Origin: an uncultured virus (IMG/VR IMGVR_UViG_3300025598_001701)
Lineage: Duplodnaviria > Heunggongvirae > Uroviricota > Caudoviricetes
Length of the DNA: 20,000 nucleotides
Direction: 5' to 3' (one strand)
IMG/VR virus record: IMGVR_UViG_3300025598_001701
The notes under the pieces were generated by a model. That model saw only the letters and a program-made list of their open reading frames with translations, was not told the DNA's origin and made no database searches. Position 1 is the stretch's first letter; every line of letters starts with the position of its first letter. Shown piece after piece: positions 1-8,597 of this stretch. A program made the position numbers and the translations under genes.

Positions 1-417
1 GTCAGTACGATTACCAGTAGGGTCAATTACAGTCAAGTTAATTGTTTGTGCAGTTGTATCTTTAATCCAACTGATTGTACTTCCTTGAAAGTCCATTGAT
101 CCACTTGTAGAACCATCACTGAACATAGCGTTACTTAATTGAAGGCTGAGTTGTGCATAAATGCGTGACTCAAGGTTATTCATAAACTTTGATAAATTTG
201 TATTTTGTGCAGCAGCAGCCGCAGCATCGGCATCAGCCTTTTGCTGTGCAATTCGTGCTTGTTTACGAGTATATTCTTCGTTTTCGATGGTCAATGCATG
301 ACTACTATAACCATCGCCACTGAACTCAGGATTCTTAAACCCAAAGGTCATTTCACTAGCGCCTGCACTAGTGGCGATTGTCACGAAAAATACAAAAATT
401 GATACAAATTTCTTCAT
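1..417 (-). CDS. csgF: Curli assembly/transport component CsgF-like protein (3'-truncated by window edge)
   Basis: Not in ORF track. Hand translation from ATG at 417: MKKFVSIFVFFVTIATSAGA-SEMTFGFKNPEFSGDGYSSHALTIENEEY...LSKFMNNLESRIYAQLS...SGSMDFQGSTISW...INLTVIDPTGNRTD. Signal peptide followed by MTFxFxNPxFxG, the CsgF N-terminal CsgG-binding signature. Frame is open to base 1. Confidence 0.85.
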   Translation of the reverse strand, partial: MKKFVSIFVFFVTIATSAGASEMTFGFKNPEFSGDGYSSHALTIENEEYTRKQARIAQQKADADAAAAAAQNTNLSKFMNNLESRIYAQLSLQLSNAMFSDGSTSGSMDFQGSTISWIKDTTAQTINLTVIDPTGNRTD

Positions 418-469
418 AGAAATCCCCAAACTATTTAGTTTATGGGAATTTTATAATATATTAGTATAT

Positions 470-544
470 TGGCTGGGGAAGATGGATTCGAACCACCGTT
501 CGCGGAGTCAAAGTCCGATGTCCTACCAGTTAGACGATTCCCCA
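470..544 (-). tRNA. tRNA-Gln(UUG)
   Basis: TGGGGAA/TTCCCCA acceptor stem, G73, encoded CCA, anticodon loop CT-TTG-AC, T-loop TTCGAAT. Confidence 0.95.
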
Positions 545-554
545 ATGTCTAATT

Positions 555-620
555 AATTTATCATATTTTACAGATATGTCAATTAAAATTATTGACCCAA
601 CCAAATAAAACCTATATATT
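555..620. promoter_or_regulatory. Divergent sigma70-like promoters
   Basis: Minus: TTGACA(582-577)-N16-TAAATT toward tRNA-Gln. Plus: TTGACC(592-597)-N17-TATATT(615-620) toward the dehydratase, followed by GGAG RBS. Confidence 0.6.
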
Positions 621-641
621 ATTAAAATATACGGAGAAAAT

Positions 642-1676
642 ATGTCAAAGAATGTTCTTATTACTGGTGGTGCTGGCTTTATCGCACATCATGTTATCGA
701 CCATATCCTAAAAACTACAGATTGGAATATCATTAGTCTTGACCGCTTGGACTTTAGTGGAAACTTAAATAGATTACATGACATGATGCAAGATCATAGT
801 CCACAAACAAGAACACGTGTAAAGGTAATTTTCCATGACCTCAAAGCAGAAATTAACCCTCTTACAAAAACTCGCATTGGTCCTGTTGATATTATTCTTC
901 ACTTGGCCGCTGGCTCTCATGTTGATCGCAGCATTGATTATCCTATGGAGTTCGTATTGGATAATGTTGTGGGAACTTGTAATATACTTGAGTTTGCTCG
1001 CAAGTGCGATAATTTAGAACGTTTTGTTTATTTTTCCACAGATGAAGTATTTGGACCAGCACCGCATGGCGTAAATTATGGTGAATATGACCGTTATAAT
1101 AGCGGCAATCCATATAGTGCAACAAAGGCTGGTGGTGAAGAATTAGCAGTATGCTATGAAAATACTTATGGTCTACCAGTATATGTTACACACACCATGA
1201 ACGTATTTGGCGAACGTCAGCATCCAGAGAAATTCATTCCTATGTGTATCCGCAAGGCACGTGATGGTGAAGTGATTACAGTTCACAGTGATAAGACACG
1301 CACTATTCCTGGTTCACGTCACTACATCCACGCAAAGGATGTTGCAGAAGCCCTTATGTTTATTTTGGGACTAAAGGATTTCACAATGCCGCCAGAATTT
1401 GGTGGTGCAAAGTGTCCAAAGTTTAACATTGTAGGCAAACAGGAAATCAACAATCTTGAATTAGCACAGATTATTGCTGATAGTCAAGGCAAGCCGTTAA
1501 ATTATGAAATGGTAGATTTCCATAGTAGCCGTCCTGGTCACGACCTTCGTTATGCCTTAAGTGGTGAATTTATGAAGTCACTTGGTTGGGAACCAAAGAT
1601 TGAACTAACAGAACGCATTAAACAAGTTGTTGATTGGACACTCGCACGTCCAGATTGGTTGAATTTAGATGTCTAA
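642..1676 (+). CDS. rmlB: dTDP-glucose 4,6-dehydratase / NAD-dependent sugar epimerase-dehydratase
   Basis: TGGAGFIA Rossmann motif, HLAAxSHVDRSI, STDEVFG, YSATK catalytic YxxxK, QHPEKFIP, RPGHDLRYA. Confidence 0.9.
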   Translation: MSKNVLITGGAGFIAHHVIDHILKTTDWNIISLDRLDFSGNLNRLHDMMQDHSPQTRTRVKVIFHDLKAEINPLTKTRIGPVDIILHLAAGSHVDRSIDYPMEFVLDNVVGTCNILEFARKCDNLERFVYFSTDEVFGPAPHGVNYGEYDRYNSGNPYSATKAGGEELAVCYENTYGLPVYVTHTMNVFGERQHPEKFIPMCIRKARDGEVITVHSDKTRTIPGSRHYIHAKDVAEALMFILGLKDFTMPPEFGGAKCPKFNIVGKQEINNLELAQIIADSQGKPLNYEMVDFHSSRPGHDLRYALSGEFMKSLGWEPKIELTERIKQVVDWTLARPDWLNLDV

Positions 1677-2403
1677 GAAAAAAGAAAAAAAATACGGTGT
1701 TTTTATTACAAGTGCAATTAATGCAAAGTTCTCAATTTATAAACCAGAAGAAAGACTACAGCAAACACTAGAAACTATTGCTAGTGTTCGTAAGCGTATT
1801 CCAAACGCAGTAATTTGTTTAACAGATTGTGGTATACCTGGTTTGACTGATGAACAAGTTCAATTGCTAACAAAAGATGTAGACCATTTTATTGATTTTA
1901 GTTTAGATGACAATGTTAAATGGATACATGATAATATCCAGGTTCAAGACATTGTAAAGAACTTGACTGAAATGAGCGTTGTTCGCAGTTTTTTCCATTA
2001 TGCACTGGAAGAAAACTGGTTTGATGGTTGTGATCGTATCTTTAAGGTAAGTGGTCGCTATACATTAACAGATAAATTTAATACAAAAGATTATGAAAAT
2101 GATATTGTTGGCGACAAATATGTTGTTAGCAAACGTATGCTAAGCCAATTTGCACACGGCATCACTGGTGTTGACCAACAATATATGCTACGTGTTTATA
2201 GCTTTGGCGGCAATCGTATCCGAGAGTTTATTTTACTTCTTGAAGATATGATTGCACATATGCAAGATCGTGTAAACGCTGGTGGGTATATTGATATAGA
2301 ACATCTCTGGTACAAATTCTTGCCCAGAGATGCTATTGTTGAATTTGATAGAACTGGTGTTAAAGGTTTGGTTGCACCAAACGGAACCTTTATTGAAAAT
2401 TAA
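1669..2403 (+). CDS. Hypothetical protein, possibly glycosyltransferase-like
   Basis: 244 aa overlapping the rmlB stop. ERLQQTLETIASVRKRIP...FKVSGRY pattern resembles phage GT-like hypotheticals. Confidence 0.55.
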   Translation: MSKKKEKKYGVFITSAINAKFSIYKPEERLQQTLETIASVRKRIPNAVICLTDCGIPGLTDEQVQLLTKDVDHFIDFSLDDNVKWIHDNIQVQDIVKNLTEMSVVRSFFHYALEENWFDGCDRIFKVSGRYTLTDKFNTKDYENDIVGDKYVVSKRMLSQFAHGITGVDQQYMLRVYSFGGNRIREFILLLEDMIAHMQDRVNAGGYIDIEHLWYKFLPRDAIVEFDRTGVKGLVAPNGTFIEN

Positions 2404-2651
2404 ACAAAGGTTGATTTTGAATTAGCGGTCTTGATAACTTGACCAATATTCTCAAACACTTTTGGGTCAAGTGGTCTAGATGTGCCGCTATCATTATCAA
2501 CCATAACGATTGATACACCAACATCACTTTTAGCATCGGGCATCACTGTAATACCAATATTGTGATGTCCCATATTACGCAAGCTGCGCTTGGCAAAGTT
2601 AATACGCTGACGAATTGTAAATTCATCACGACAGTCAATAAGTTCAGCCAT
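2400..2651 (-). CDS. Hypothetical protein (MAELIDCRDE...)
   Basis: Start moved to ATG at 2651, giving a TAATG stop/start overlap with the upstream gene. Confidence 0.65.
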   Translation of the reverse strand: MAELIDCRDEFTIRQRINFAKRSLRNMGHHNIGITVMPDAKSDVGVSIVMVDNDSGTSRPLDPKVFENIGQVIKTANSKSTFV

Positions 2652-2995
2652 TATTCTACTCCAACGATATGTTTGCAACTACGACGAAATTGAAAACCAC
2701 TGCAAGTGCAAGACTTATACTTGCCGTTGATTGTAACAAGATATGTGCTGCCTTTACTACCACTAACTTTAATAGTGCGTTTAGCAACAGGTTCAGCAAC
2801 AAACTTTTGTTCTACGACATTATCATTGATCTTGATAATATCATTTTTGGCAATGATACGTATAGGAAATTGACGGTCGCCCGTTGACAGCGCAATAGCA
2901 GGATATTCTACCCATTTAGGAAGCGGCATTTCCTCGCCACTATAAACAGTTTGGATTTTACGACCATAAAGATTGTGTTGGACTGTGACGTTCAT
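2651..2995 (-). CDS. SWIM zinc-finger protein
   Basis: GSKGSTYLVT...CTCSGFQFRRSCKH matches CxCxnCxH. Start at 2995 follows GGAG. Confidence 0.8.
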   Translation of the reverse strand: MNVTVQHNLYGRKIQTVYSGEEMPLPKWVEYPAIALSTGDRQFPIRIIAKNDIIKINDNVVEQKFVAEPVAKRTIKVSGSKGSTYLVTINGKYKSCTCSGFQFRRSCKHIVGVE

Positions 2996-3020
2996 ACCCG
3001 TCTCCATTGCTTATATTCTG

Positions 3021-3048
3021 AATATAACACAGATTTAGGGATTGTCAA
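3021..3048 (-). promoter_or_regulatory. Sigma70-like promoter
   Basis: TTGACA-N16-TATATT with extended -10 TG. Confidence 0.65.
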
Positions 3049-3050
3049 GC

Positions 3051-3081
3051 AAAAAAAACACCGCAAAAAGCGGTGTTTTTT
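3051..3081. terminator. Intrinsic terminator, possibly bidirectional
   Basis: AAAAAACACCGC-AAAAA-GCGGTGTTTTTT perfect inverted repeat with A/T tracts, just after the stop of 3085..3504. Confidence 0.85.
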
Positions 3082-3084
3082 CAA

Positions 3085-3504
3085 TCACTTATCCTTTTTA
3101 GCCCTTGGCTTTTTAGGCTTTTCATCGGCTGTTTCTGCCTTTTTGGGCTTTGCAGCACGTGGTTTTTTTGCCTTTGGTTCGGCTTCAACAGATGCTTCCG
3201 CTGGCGATGCTGGCGTATCTGCTGTTACGACAACTGGCGCAACTTCAACACGATTTGGGTTCTTATCACTAATAGCCCATTCAGCTTCGCTCAATCTATG
3301 CAATCCAACACAATAACCTGTTGGGCTGCGTCCACAACCACACTTTGGTGGTTCTTTAGCTGCTTTTTCTGCTGCTGCGATTGCTTCTTTTGCTTCCTTT
3401 TCCATTACTTCCAATGGATCAGGGGTATTGTCTTTATGATTCATTAACTTATATACAAGTGCGATTGCTCCGCAAAGTACTACAAGTAAGAGAATAGTGC
3501 TCAT
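3085..3504 (-). CDS. Membrane-anchored protein with CDGSH-like Cys3His motif and Lys/Ala/Pro-rich tail
   Basis: N-terminal hydrophobic helix. CGCGRSPTGYCVGLH resembles CxCxxSxxxPxCDGSH. Basic KAKKPRAAKPKK tail. AGGAG RBS. Confidence 0.6.
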   Translation of the reverse strand: MSTILLLVVLCGAIALVYKLMNHKDNTPDPLEVMEKEAKEAIAAAEKAAKEPPKCGCGRSPTGYCVGLHRLSEAEWAISDKNPNRVEVAPVVVTADTPASPAEASVEAEPKAKKPRAAKPKKAETADEKPKKPRAKKDK

Positions 3505-3537
3505 TGATATCTCCTAATATACTACTATTTACATACC

Positions 3538-3566
3538 ATAATATGACATTAAAATTAAAATGTCAA
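3538..3566 (-). promoter_or_regulatory. Sigma70-like promoter overlapped by TGACATT-N8-AATGTCA palindrome
   Basis: TTGACA(3566-3561)-N17-TATTAT; dyad at 3544-3565. Confidence 0.5.
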
Positions 3567-3567
3567 A

Positions 3568-3879
3568 TTATTTTGTTGTAGGTGTATAGTATTTGAATGC
3601 TTCTTTCCAGAAAGTGCTGTAAATGTCATTGCTGACTTTTTCTTGCATATTCTTGAAATTTGCGCCACTATAAACTTCATCTACTGCTTTATTAACTTCT
3701 TTACTAATCACTGTAGCAAAGCTATTAGTTGCTTTTACTGCAACCTTTGTATAATCAGTTTGAGTATCAATATAATCATTCATTGCCTTTGCAACAGCTT
3801 CATGTGTTACAAAAGTCTTAACCCAATCTTTCTTTGCTTTTTGCACTGTATCAATAAAATCTTCTGCACTATTAAACAT
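3568..3879 (-). CDS. Phasin-like amphipathic helical protein
   Basis: 103 aa, apparently all-helical and amphipathic (FIDTVQKAKKDWVKTFV...AMNDYIDTQTDYTK). AAGGAG RBS. Context of a TGC-N3-GC operator and a DUF3563-like gene. Confidence 0.5.
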   Translation of the reverse strand: MFNSAEDFIDTVQKAKKDWVKTFVTHEAVAKAMNDYIDTQTDYTKVAVKATNSFATVISKEVNKAVDEVYSGANFKNMQEKVSNDIYSTFWKEAFKYYTPTTK

Positions 3880-3931
3880 TATTTTGCTCCTTTGCTTAAA
3901 AAATCTGCTTCTTCATCTGTATATGGCCACA

Positions 3932-4114
3932 TTAATAATATCTCCTACCGTTATTTTTTTCCCATTGACGTTCTAGATATTCAAGGTGAATACGGTCTGT
4001 GGCTTGGTTTAGGTATCGCACCATGTCACGACGATATTTTTCTTCTTCACTTTCAAATAAATCTTCAAAGAATGATCTTACGCCATTAATAAGATGGTTT
4101 ACTGCTTCAAACAT
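3932..4114 (-). CDS. DUF3563-like small protein
   Basis: 60 aa, RRDMVRYLNQATDRIHLEYLERQWE resembles the YLxxSxDxxDLExRxRxxE family motif. AAGGAG RBS. Confidence 0.65.
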   Translation of the reverse strand: MFEAVNHLINGVRSFFEDLFESEEEKYRRDMVRYLNQATDRIHLEYLERQWEKNNGRRYY

Positions 4115-4125
4115 TTGACTTCTCC

Positions 4126-4173
4126 TTGTTGCACTGCAATATTATTTATACCGCAGTGCAACAATTATGTCAA
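4126..4173 (-). promoter_or_regulatory. Promoter with 12-bp perfect inverted-repeat operator (PhaR-box-like)
   Basis: TTGACA(4173-4168)-N17-TATAAA(4150-4145). TTGTTGCACTGC(4126-4137) and GCAGTGCAACAA(4153-4164) flank the -10 box. Confidence 0.7.
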
Positions 4174-4177
4174 TATA

Positions 4178-5200
4178 TTATTTGATTTCCTCATACAACT
4201 TTTGGCTTGCAAGGTTCTTGGCTTTGCTTTCTACTTGAATATCAAAGTTATCCCAAAACTCTGCAACATACCTGTTAGCAGCACTATTCCACATGAAGTC
4301 ACTGTGGGCACGTAGTTTTGCTTTCTTGTGACCACTTTCTAGCAGCGTGGTCATGGCAGGAAGAATGCTATTGTCATGACCATCAAGAACGCACTCAGGG
4401 CTAACACTATAATGCAAAGTTGGGCGAACACCACGCCAACTGTCAATAACACGTTTGACCGTATCGCTGTCAGACTTGATATATTCTCCAGTTTTAATCC
4501 AATGATGGTGGACATCAAGAACAGTAGGACACAAATCGCTAAGAGACAAAGTGTCATCAATACCATAAACATGTTCCTCGTTTTCTATTGTGATAAGGTT
4601 TCTGGCTTCTGTGGAAAGGGAGTTCCAAACGGCTCTAATTCCTTCGGCTCCCTTACGTCCCGATATATGGACGTTAATTTTGAAACCATGATCATGAAAG
4701 CTATTGCCATAACCCATCCATCTAGCCAAATCAGTATGATACTCAAACTCACGGATTGAGTTCTCAACAACAGTCTCGTTATCACTAGCCAAAACGCAAA
4801 ACTGGCCAGGATGAAAACTGACCCGAACATCAAGGCTACGAGATGCCTCACCAATGGCGGCGCATCGCTTGGCAATGGCTTCTCGTACATCTGGCAAGTT
4901 ATAAAAATAACCATAAGTTGGCTCAGTATAGACAGGGAATACATCGCTAGATAGCCGAACCATGCGCTGTTCTGGTTCAAGTAATCCCACACGTTTGACC
5001 AAATTGAGAGTAGCATTTGTGTTGTGCTCCATAATATCCCATAGCCGCTGTTCAGCGACTTGGCGAGTTTGACGGTTTAACCACGCCACAGTTGTAGTGC
5101 GGTTATTATACTTTAGTGCATCATCTTTGGGCTTAAACCCGTCCATTTGACGTGGTTCGTCCAACCATTTGCAGCAGAAACCGATACGCTTTTGTGTCAT
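4178..5200 (-). CDS. uvsE: UV DNA damage endonuclease UvsE/UVDE
   Basis: RIGFCC, RLSSD, SFHPGQF, NVH, TIENEE, LDVHHHW, PTLHYS, RAHSDF, VESKAKNLA motifs. Start placed at ATG 5200. Confidence 0.92.
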   Translation of the reverse strand: MTQKRIGFCCKWLDEPRQMDGFKPKDDALKYNNRTTTVAWLNRQTRQVAEQRLWDIMEHNTNATLNLVKRVGLLEPEQRMVRLSSDVFPVYTEPTYGYFYNLPDVREAIAKRCAAIGEASRSLDVRVSFHPGQFCVLASDNETVVENSIREFEYHTDLARWMGYGNSFHDHGFKINVHISGRKGAEGIRAVWNSLSTEARNLITIENEEHVYGIDDTLSLSDLCPTVLDVHHHWIKTGEYIKSDSDTVKRVIDSWRGVRPTLHYSVSPECVLDGHDNSILPAMTTLLESGHKKAKLRAHSDFMWNSAANRYVAEFWDNFDIQVESKAKNLASQKLYEEIK

Positions 5201-5206
5201 ATTACC

Positions 5207-5234
5207 AATATAACACATAATTTGTATTTGTCAA
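5207..5234 (-). promoter_or_regulatory. Sigma70-like promoter giving a probably leaderless uvsE mRNA
   Basis: TTGACA-N16-TATATT, then 6 nt, then ATG; no Shine-Dalgarno sequence. Confidence 0.6.
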
Positions 5235-5824
5235 GCAAATATTTCAGCATAAATTAGTGAAATATGAAATTCTTGGTCGGTGGTAATATATGTTTTTATA
5301 TGTGGAATTATATTATTTGCCAAGATTTGATGTCCAGTTGGGCTAAAATGGTTCAATCTAGGGTCTTGAAAAGCGGTCCAATCTTCCCCATAAACTCTAT
5401 TGTAATCTGCTCTGCTGCAATTTACTAAACCGCCATCACATAAAAACCATATACCATACGTTTTATCTATAAATTCATGTTCAAAGCATGGGATGTGTAC
5501 TATTTTAATATTGCGCTTTTTGCATATTTCTTGCATATCTCGCAGTATAGAACTAAAAATATACTTGCCAAAATCTTCATCAGCAAGCAACCATTCTCTA
5601 CTGCCATCTTTATTATAAAATCTTGTATATTCTGTATGACAGCAAATAATAACATCTGGATTGTTTTTTACAATTTCTAAAAATTCAAGATATATTTTGT
5701 ATTGTGCTTGTCCACGAAATCCTACTTGGTGAATAACTTGCAATTCAAGTTCATTACAAACTTTTTCTATCCATGTATCTTTGTAACTGTGAGTAAAACT
5801 ATCACCGATAATTGCTACACGCAT
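5231..5824 (-). CDS. SGNH/GDSL hydrolase-like protein
   Basis: N-terminal IIGDSF; C-terminal DPRLNHFSPTGHQILA. Confidence 0.7.
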   Translation of the reverse strand: MRVAIIGDSFTHSYKDTWIEKVCNELELQVIHQVGFRGQAQYKIYLEFLEIVKNNPDVIICCHTEYTRFYNKDGSREWLLADEDFGKYIFSSILRDMQEICKKRNIKIVHIPCFEHEFIDKTYGIWFLCDGGLVNCSRADYNRVYGEDWTAFQDPRLNHFSPTGHQILANNIIPHIKTYITTDQEFHISLIYAEIFA

Positions 5825-7287
5825 TAGAAAACCAAAATATTATGTAGTTGACTAAATCGTTGTGCGTCTTCCCAAGTATTAACAAGAGGCTCACCCTTTA
5901 TGTTCAAACTTGTGTTTAGCAACATTGGGCAACGAGTCCGTAAATACCATGCTTCTAATATCTTGACAGTAATACTTGGCGAAGTTTGATCAATTGTTTG
6001 AACACGGCTAGTTTCATCAATGTGACATATTGCAGGAAATTCGTCAGGTCTAATACAAGTATCAGCATATTGCATATAATCTTGATTAGTTCTTATACTA
6101 CTATAAAAGTACATACTAAAAAAACTTTTTCGTATAATAGGAGCAAACGGACGAAATGGCTCGCGTTTTTTAATTGCATTTACGCGATCTTTTACATCAC
6201 CACCACGAGGGTCTGCAAGTAGCGAACGATTGCCCAAGGCTCGTGGACCAAACTCTGCACGACCATTTGCAATACCTACAACTTGACCTGCTTCTAATGC
6301 TTCAACTACTGCACGAATATCTACTTTGCGATCAATGTTATGCCCAAGAAACGCATGATCTAAATGGATTAATTGCTTATTATGGTAAGCAACTGCACCT
6401 AAACTTAAACCGCTATCACCAGGATTTGGTGGAACCCATATTTTTTTAACTTTTTTAGATATTTTAATATTACTATTTGCGACACAATTTAATGCACAGC
6501 CACCAGCAAGAACTATATTTTTACTACCTGTTATTTTAATTGCATAATCAACAATGTTAGACAGATATGATTCATAAATTGCTTGTGCACTTGCTGCAAG
6601 GTCTTCATCTAACCAACCTTCTTGCTGTGGACGCATATACCACTTCACACCACGATGCAAATTATGTAGAAATCCAATATCTGGTGATTTACAGCTATTA
6701 AAGAAATCCTGCCGTAGTGCATCAACATGTTTTGGCTGACCAAATGCTGCCATGCCCATGACAATATATTCTTCTTCATTTGATTTAAACCCAAGATAAT
6801 CAGTAATAGCACTATAAAATAGACCAATGCTCTCTGGATAGTAACTGCTCCAAACTTTGTCTATTTTGTTATTATGTCCTCGCCAAATTGAAGTGCATTC
6901 TAATTCTCCAATAGCATCAACGACGACGATAGCAGCATTACTAAAACCACTAGTATAATAGCCCATTGCAGCATGAGCGCCATGGTGTGGCGTAGTTTTG
7001 ACAGGTATATTATCTAAACCGTATTTTTTTAAATATTTTTTTATATTGTAATGCAGTGGTCGTTGACCACTTATAAGATTGCGAATGGTATGCTTCCATG
7101 GTTGTTCATACCATAAAATTTGGGTGGGTATACCATATTGAAGCGCATCATTGATCAATGCTTCGTTAAGATGTGAATCGTTTTTTACTCTGCTATACCG
7201 TTCAGCGTGACCAGCAAACAAAATGTCAGAGCCATCAACAAGAGCAATACTTGCATCATGATTGTTAGCATTTATACCTAGTAGCAT
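5824..7287 (-). CDS. O-carbamoyltransferase (NodU/CmcH family)
   Basis: HDASIAL, ERYSRVK, HHGAHAA, VDAIGE, SIGLFY, MGMA, AGGCALNC, GDSG, EFGPRALGNRSLLADP, KKREPFRPFAP, LNTSLN. Confidence 0.93.
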   Translation of the reverse strand: MLLGINANNHDASIALVDGSDILFAGHAERYSRVKNDSHLNEALINDALQYGIPTQILWYEQPWKHTIRNLISGQRPLHYNIKKYLKKYGLDNIPVKTTPHHGAHAAMGYYTSGFSNAAIVVVDAIGELECTSIWRGHNNKIDKVWSSYYPESIGLFYSAITDYLGFKSNEEEYIVMGMAAFGQPKHVDALRQDFFNSCKSPDIGFLHNLHRGVKWYMRPQQEGWLDEDLAASAQAIYESYLSNIVDYAIKITGSKNIVLAGGCALNCVANSNIKISKKVKKIWVPPNPGDSGLSLGAVAYHNKQLIHLDHAFLGHNIDRKVDIRAVVEALEAGQVVGIANGRAEFGPRALGNRSLLADPRGGDVKDRVNAIKKREPFRPFAPIIRKSFFSMYFYSSIRTNQDYMQYADTCIRPDEFPAICHIDETSRVQTIDQTSPSITVKILEAWYLRTRCPMLLNTSLNIKGEPLVNTWEDAQRFSQLHNILVF

Positions 7288-7293
7288 ATTTCC

Positions 7294-7401
7294 TCAATAT
7301 ATAAACGGATCACGCTTGCGCAATTCCTTGAGCAATTGGCGACGTTTATATTTGTATACTATATCATCAAAAAAATTGTGAATCCATTTAAAAATACGCA
7401 T
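7294..7401 (-). CDS. 35-aa small protein MRIFKWIHNFFDDIVYKYKRRQLLKELRKRDPFIY
   Basis: Below the ORF-track cutoff. TAATG-coupled to the upstream gene; its stop overlaps the GAGG RBS of the carbamoyltransferase. Confidence 0.75.
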   Translation of the reverse strand: MRIFKWIHNFFDDIVYKYKRRQLLKELRKRDPFIY

Positions 7402-8588
7402 TATAGAATTTTCCCCCAAGTAGTTTGACCAAGACACCTATATATAGCACTACTATCGCGCATTATTGCAATTTCACCTGGTTCACCTACTCGTTCTGGT
7501 ATACTATCTACAATACTAATTAATAATCCAGAAAATCTAATTTTACCGTTTAACTCAATTGAACCATCTAATTTTAATTCAATTTGATTTTGGTTATTAC
7601 TGCCTAGAGTAATATCATTTTGTCGTGTGCTACCAATAAACATATTTTTCTGTGCATATTTTAATACGCTTAGTTCACTATCTTGGTCCCAAATACTTAA
7701 AACACCAGCAGTTTCTTCTGTATTAATTCCCACATGACCTGCATTAACTACTAGAGTTTCGCCAATTAATGCTTGTCCACTAACGACTAATTCATTAAGG
7801 TTACCAACTTTTCGTAAATTACTATTAACAATACTTGGACCTAATGTATCATTACTTAAAATTACTTTGTCGCCATCAACTATATTACGATTATTAATAT
7901 CAATATTACTTGTATTATTAGACTTAATATTTTGCAAACTAATAGTATTTGCTAAATTAGTGATATAATTATTAAGTGCTTCACTTTCTTCAACTTTTCC
8001 ATTAATACTAAGTAAACCATCAATAGTAACATGATTTAAAAAACTATTATTTTCTATCAATAAGTTATCAGCAGAAATATTATTTGTTGTAATAATACCA
8101 TCATCTGTTATTTGAAGTTGTAGTTTGGATGCAGAATCGCTTATGCCAGTACTACAAAAATTATTATGGACACCATTATTAATCCATGCAGCATTAAAAT
8201 CATGTCCATCCATTTTAATGCTACTAAATGGAATACTGTTAGGTGGAAAGTTATAACTGCCAGCTACACGATGCACTTCATTTTGGACACTAGTAGTAAT
8301 AGTGCGATTCATTTCTGGTTCTTGTAGAAGTTCTGTTATTTTTTTGGTTCCTACATCAAGTAATTGGTCACGCAATATACCTTGTATTAATTGTGATACT
8401 TCGCTGCTTAAATCACGTTTACTAATTAAATCATTATAAACTTTGCCTGTTAAGTTTACAACAACATTATTAATTTGTTTTTGTAATGTATCAGCAATAA
8501 TTTGATTAAGATCGGCACTTTGCAGATAATTTTCTACTGCGCCACGCAAACTTGCGGCAATCGCATCTTCAATATTGATATCAACCAA
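7401..8588 (-). CDS. Hypothetical protein, possibly virion fibre-like
   Basis: 395 aa, TTG start after AAGGA. Helical N-terminus, Asn/Ile-rich beta-type C-terminus (SNLRKVGNLNELVVSG, GHVGINTE). Confidence 0.6.
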   Translation of the reverse strand: MVDINIEDAIAASLRGAVENYLQSADLNQIIADTLQKQINNVVVNLTGKVYNDLISKRDLSSEVSQLIQGILRDQLLDVGTKKITELLQEPEMNRTITTSVQNEVHRVAGSYNFPPNSIPFSSIKMDGHDFNAAWINNGVHNNFCSTGISDSASKLQLQITDDGIITTNNISADNLLIENNSFLNHVTIDGLLSINGKVEESEALNNYITNLANTISLQNIKSNNTSNIDINNRNIVDGDKVILSNDTLGPSIVNSNLRKVGNLNELVVSGQALIGETLVVNAGHVGINTEETAGVLSIWDQDSELSVLKYAQKNMFIGSTRQNDITLGSNNQNQIELKLDGSIELNGKIRFSGLLISIVDSIPERVGEPGEIAIMRDSSAIYRCLGQTTWGKIL

Positions 8589-8597
8589 GACTAATCC

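Noticed and set aside
205..556. Plus-strand ORFs 205..402 and 371..556
   Set aside because: Antisense shadows of csgF and tRNA-Gln.
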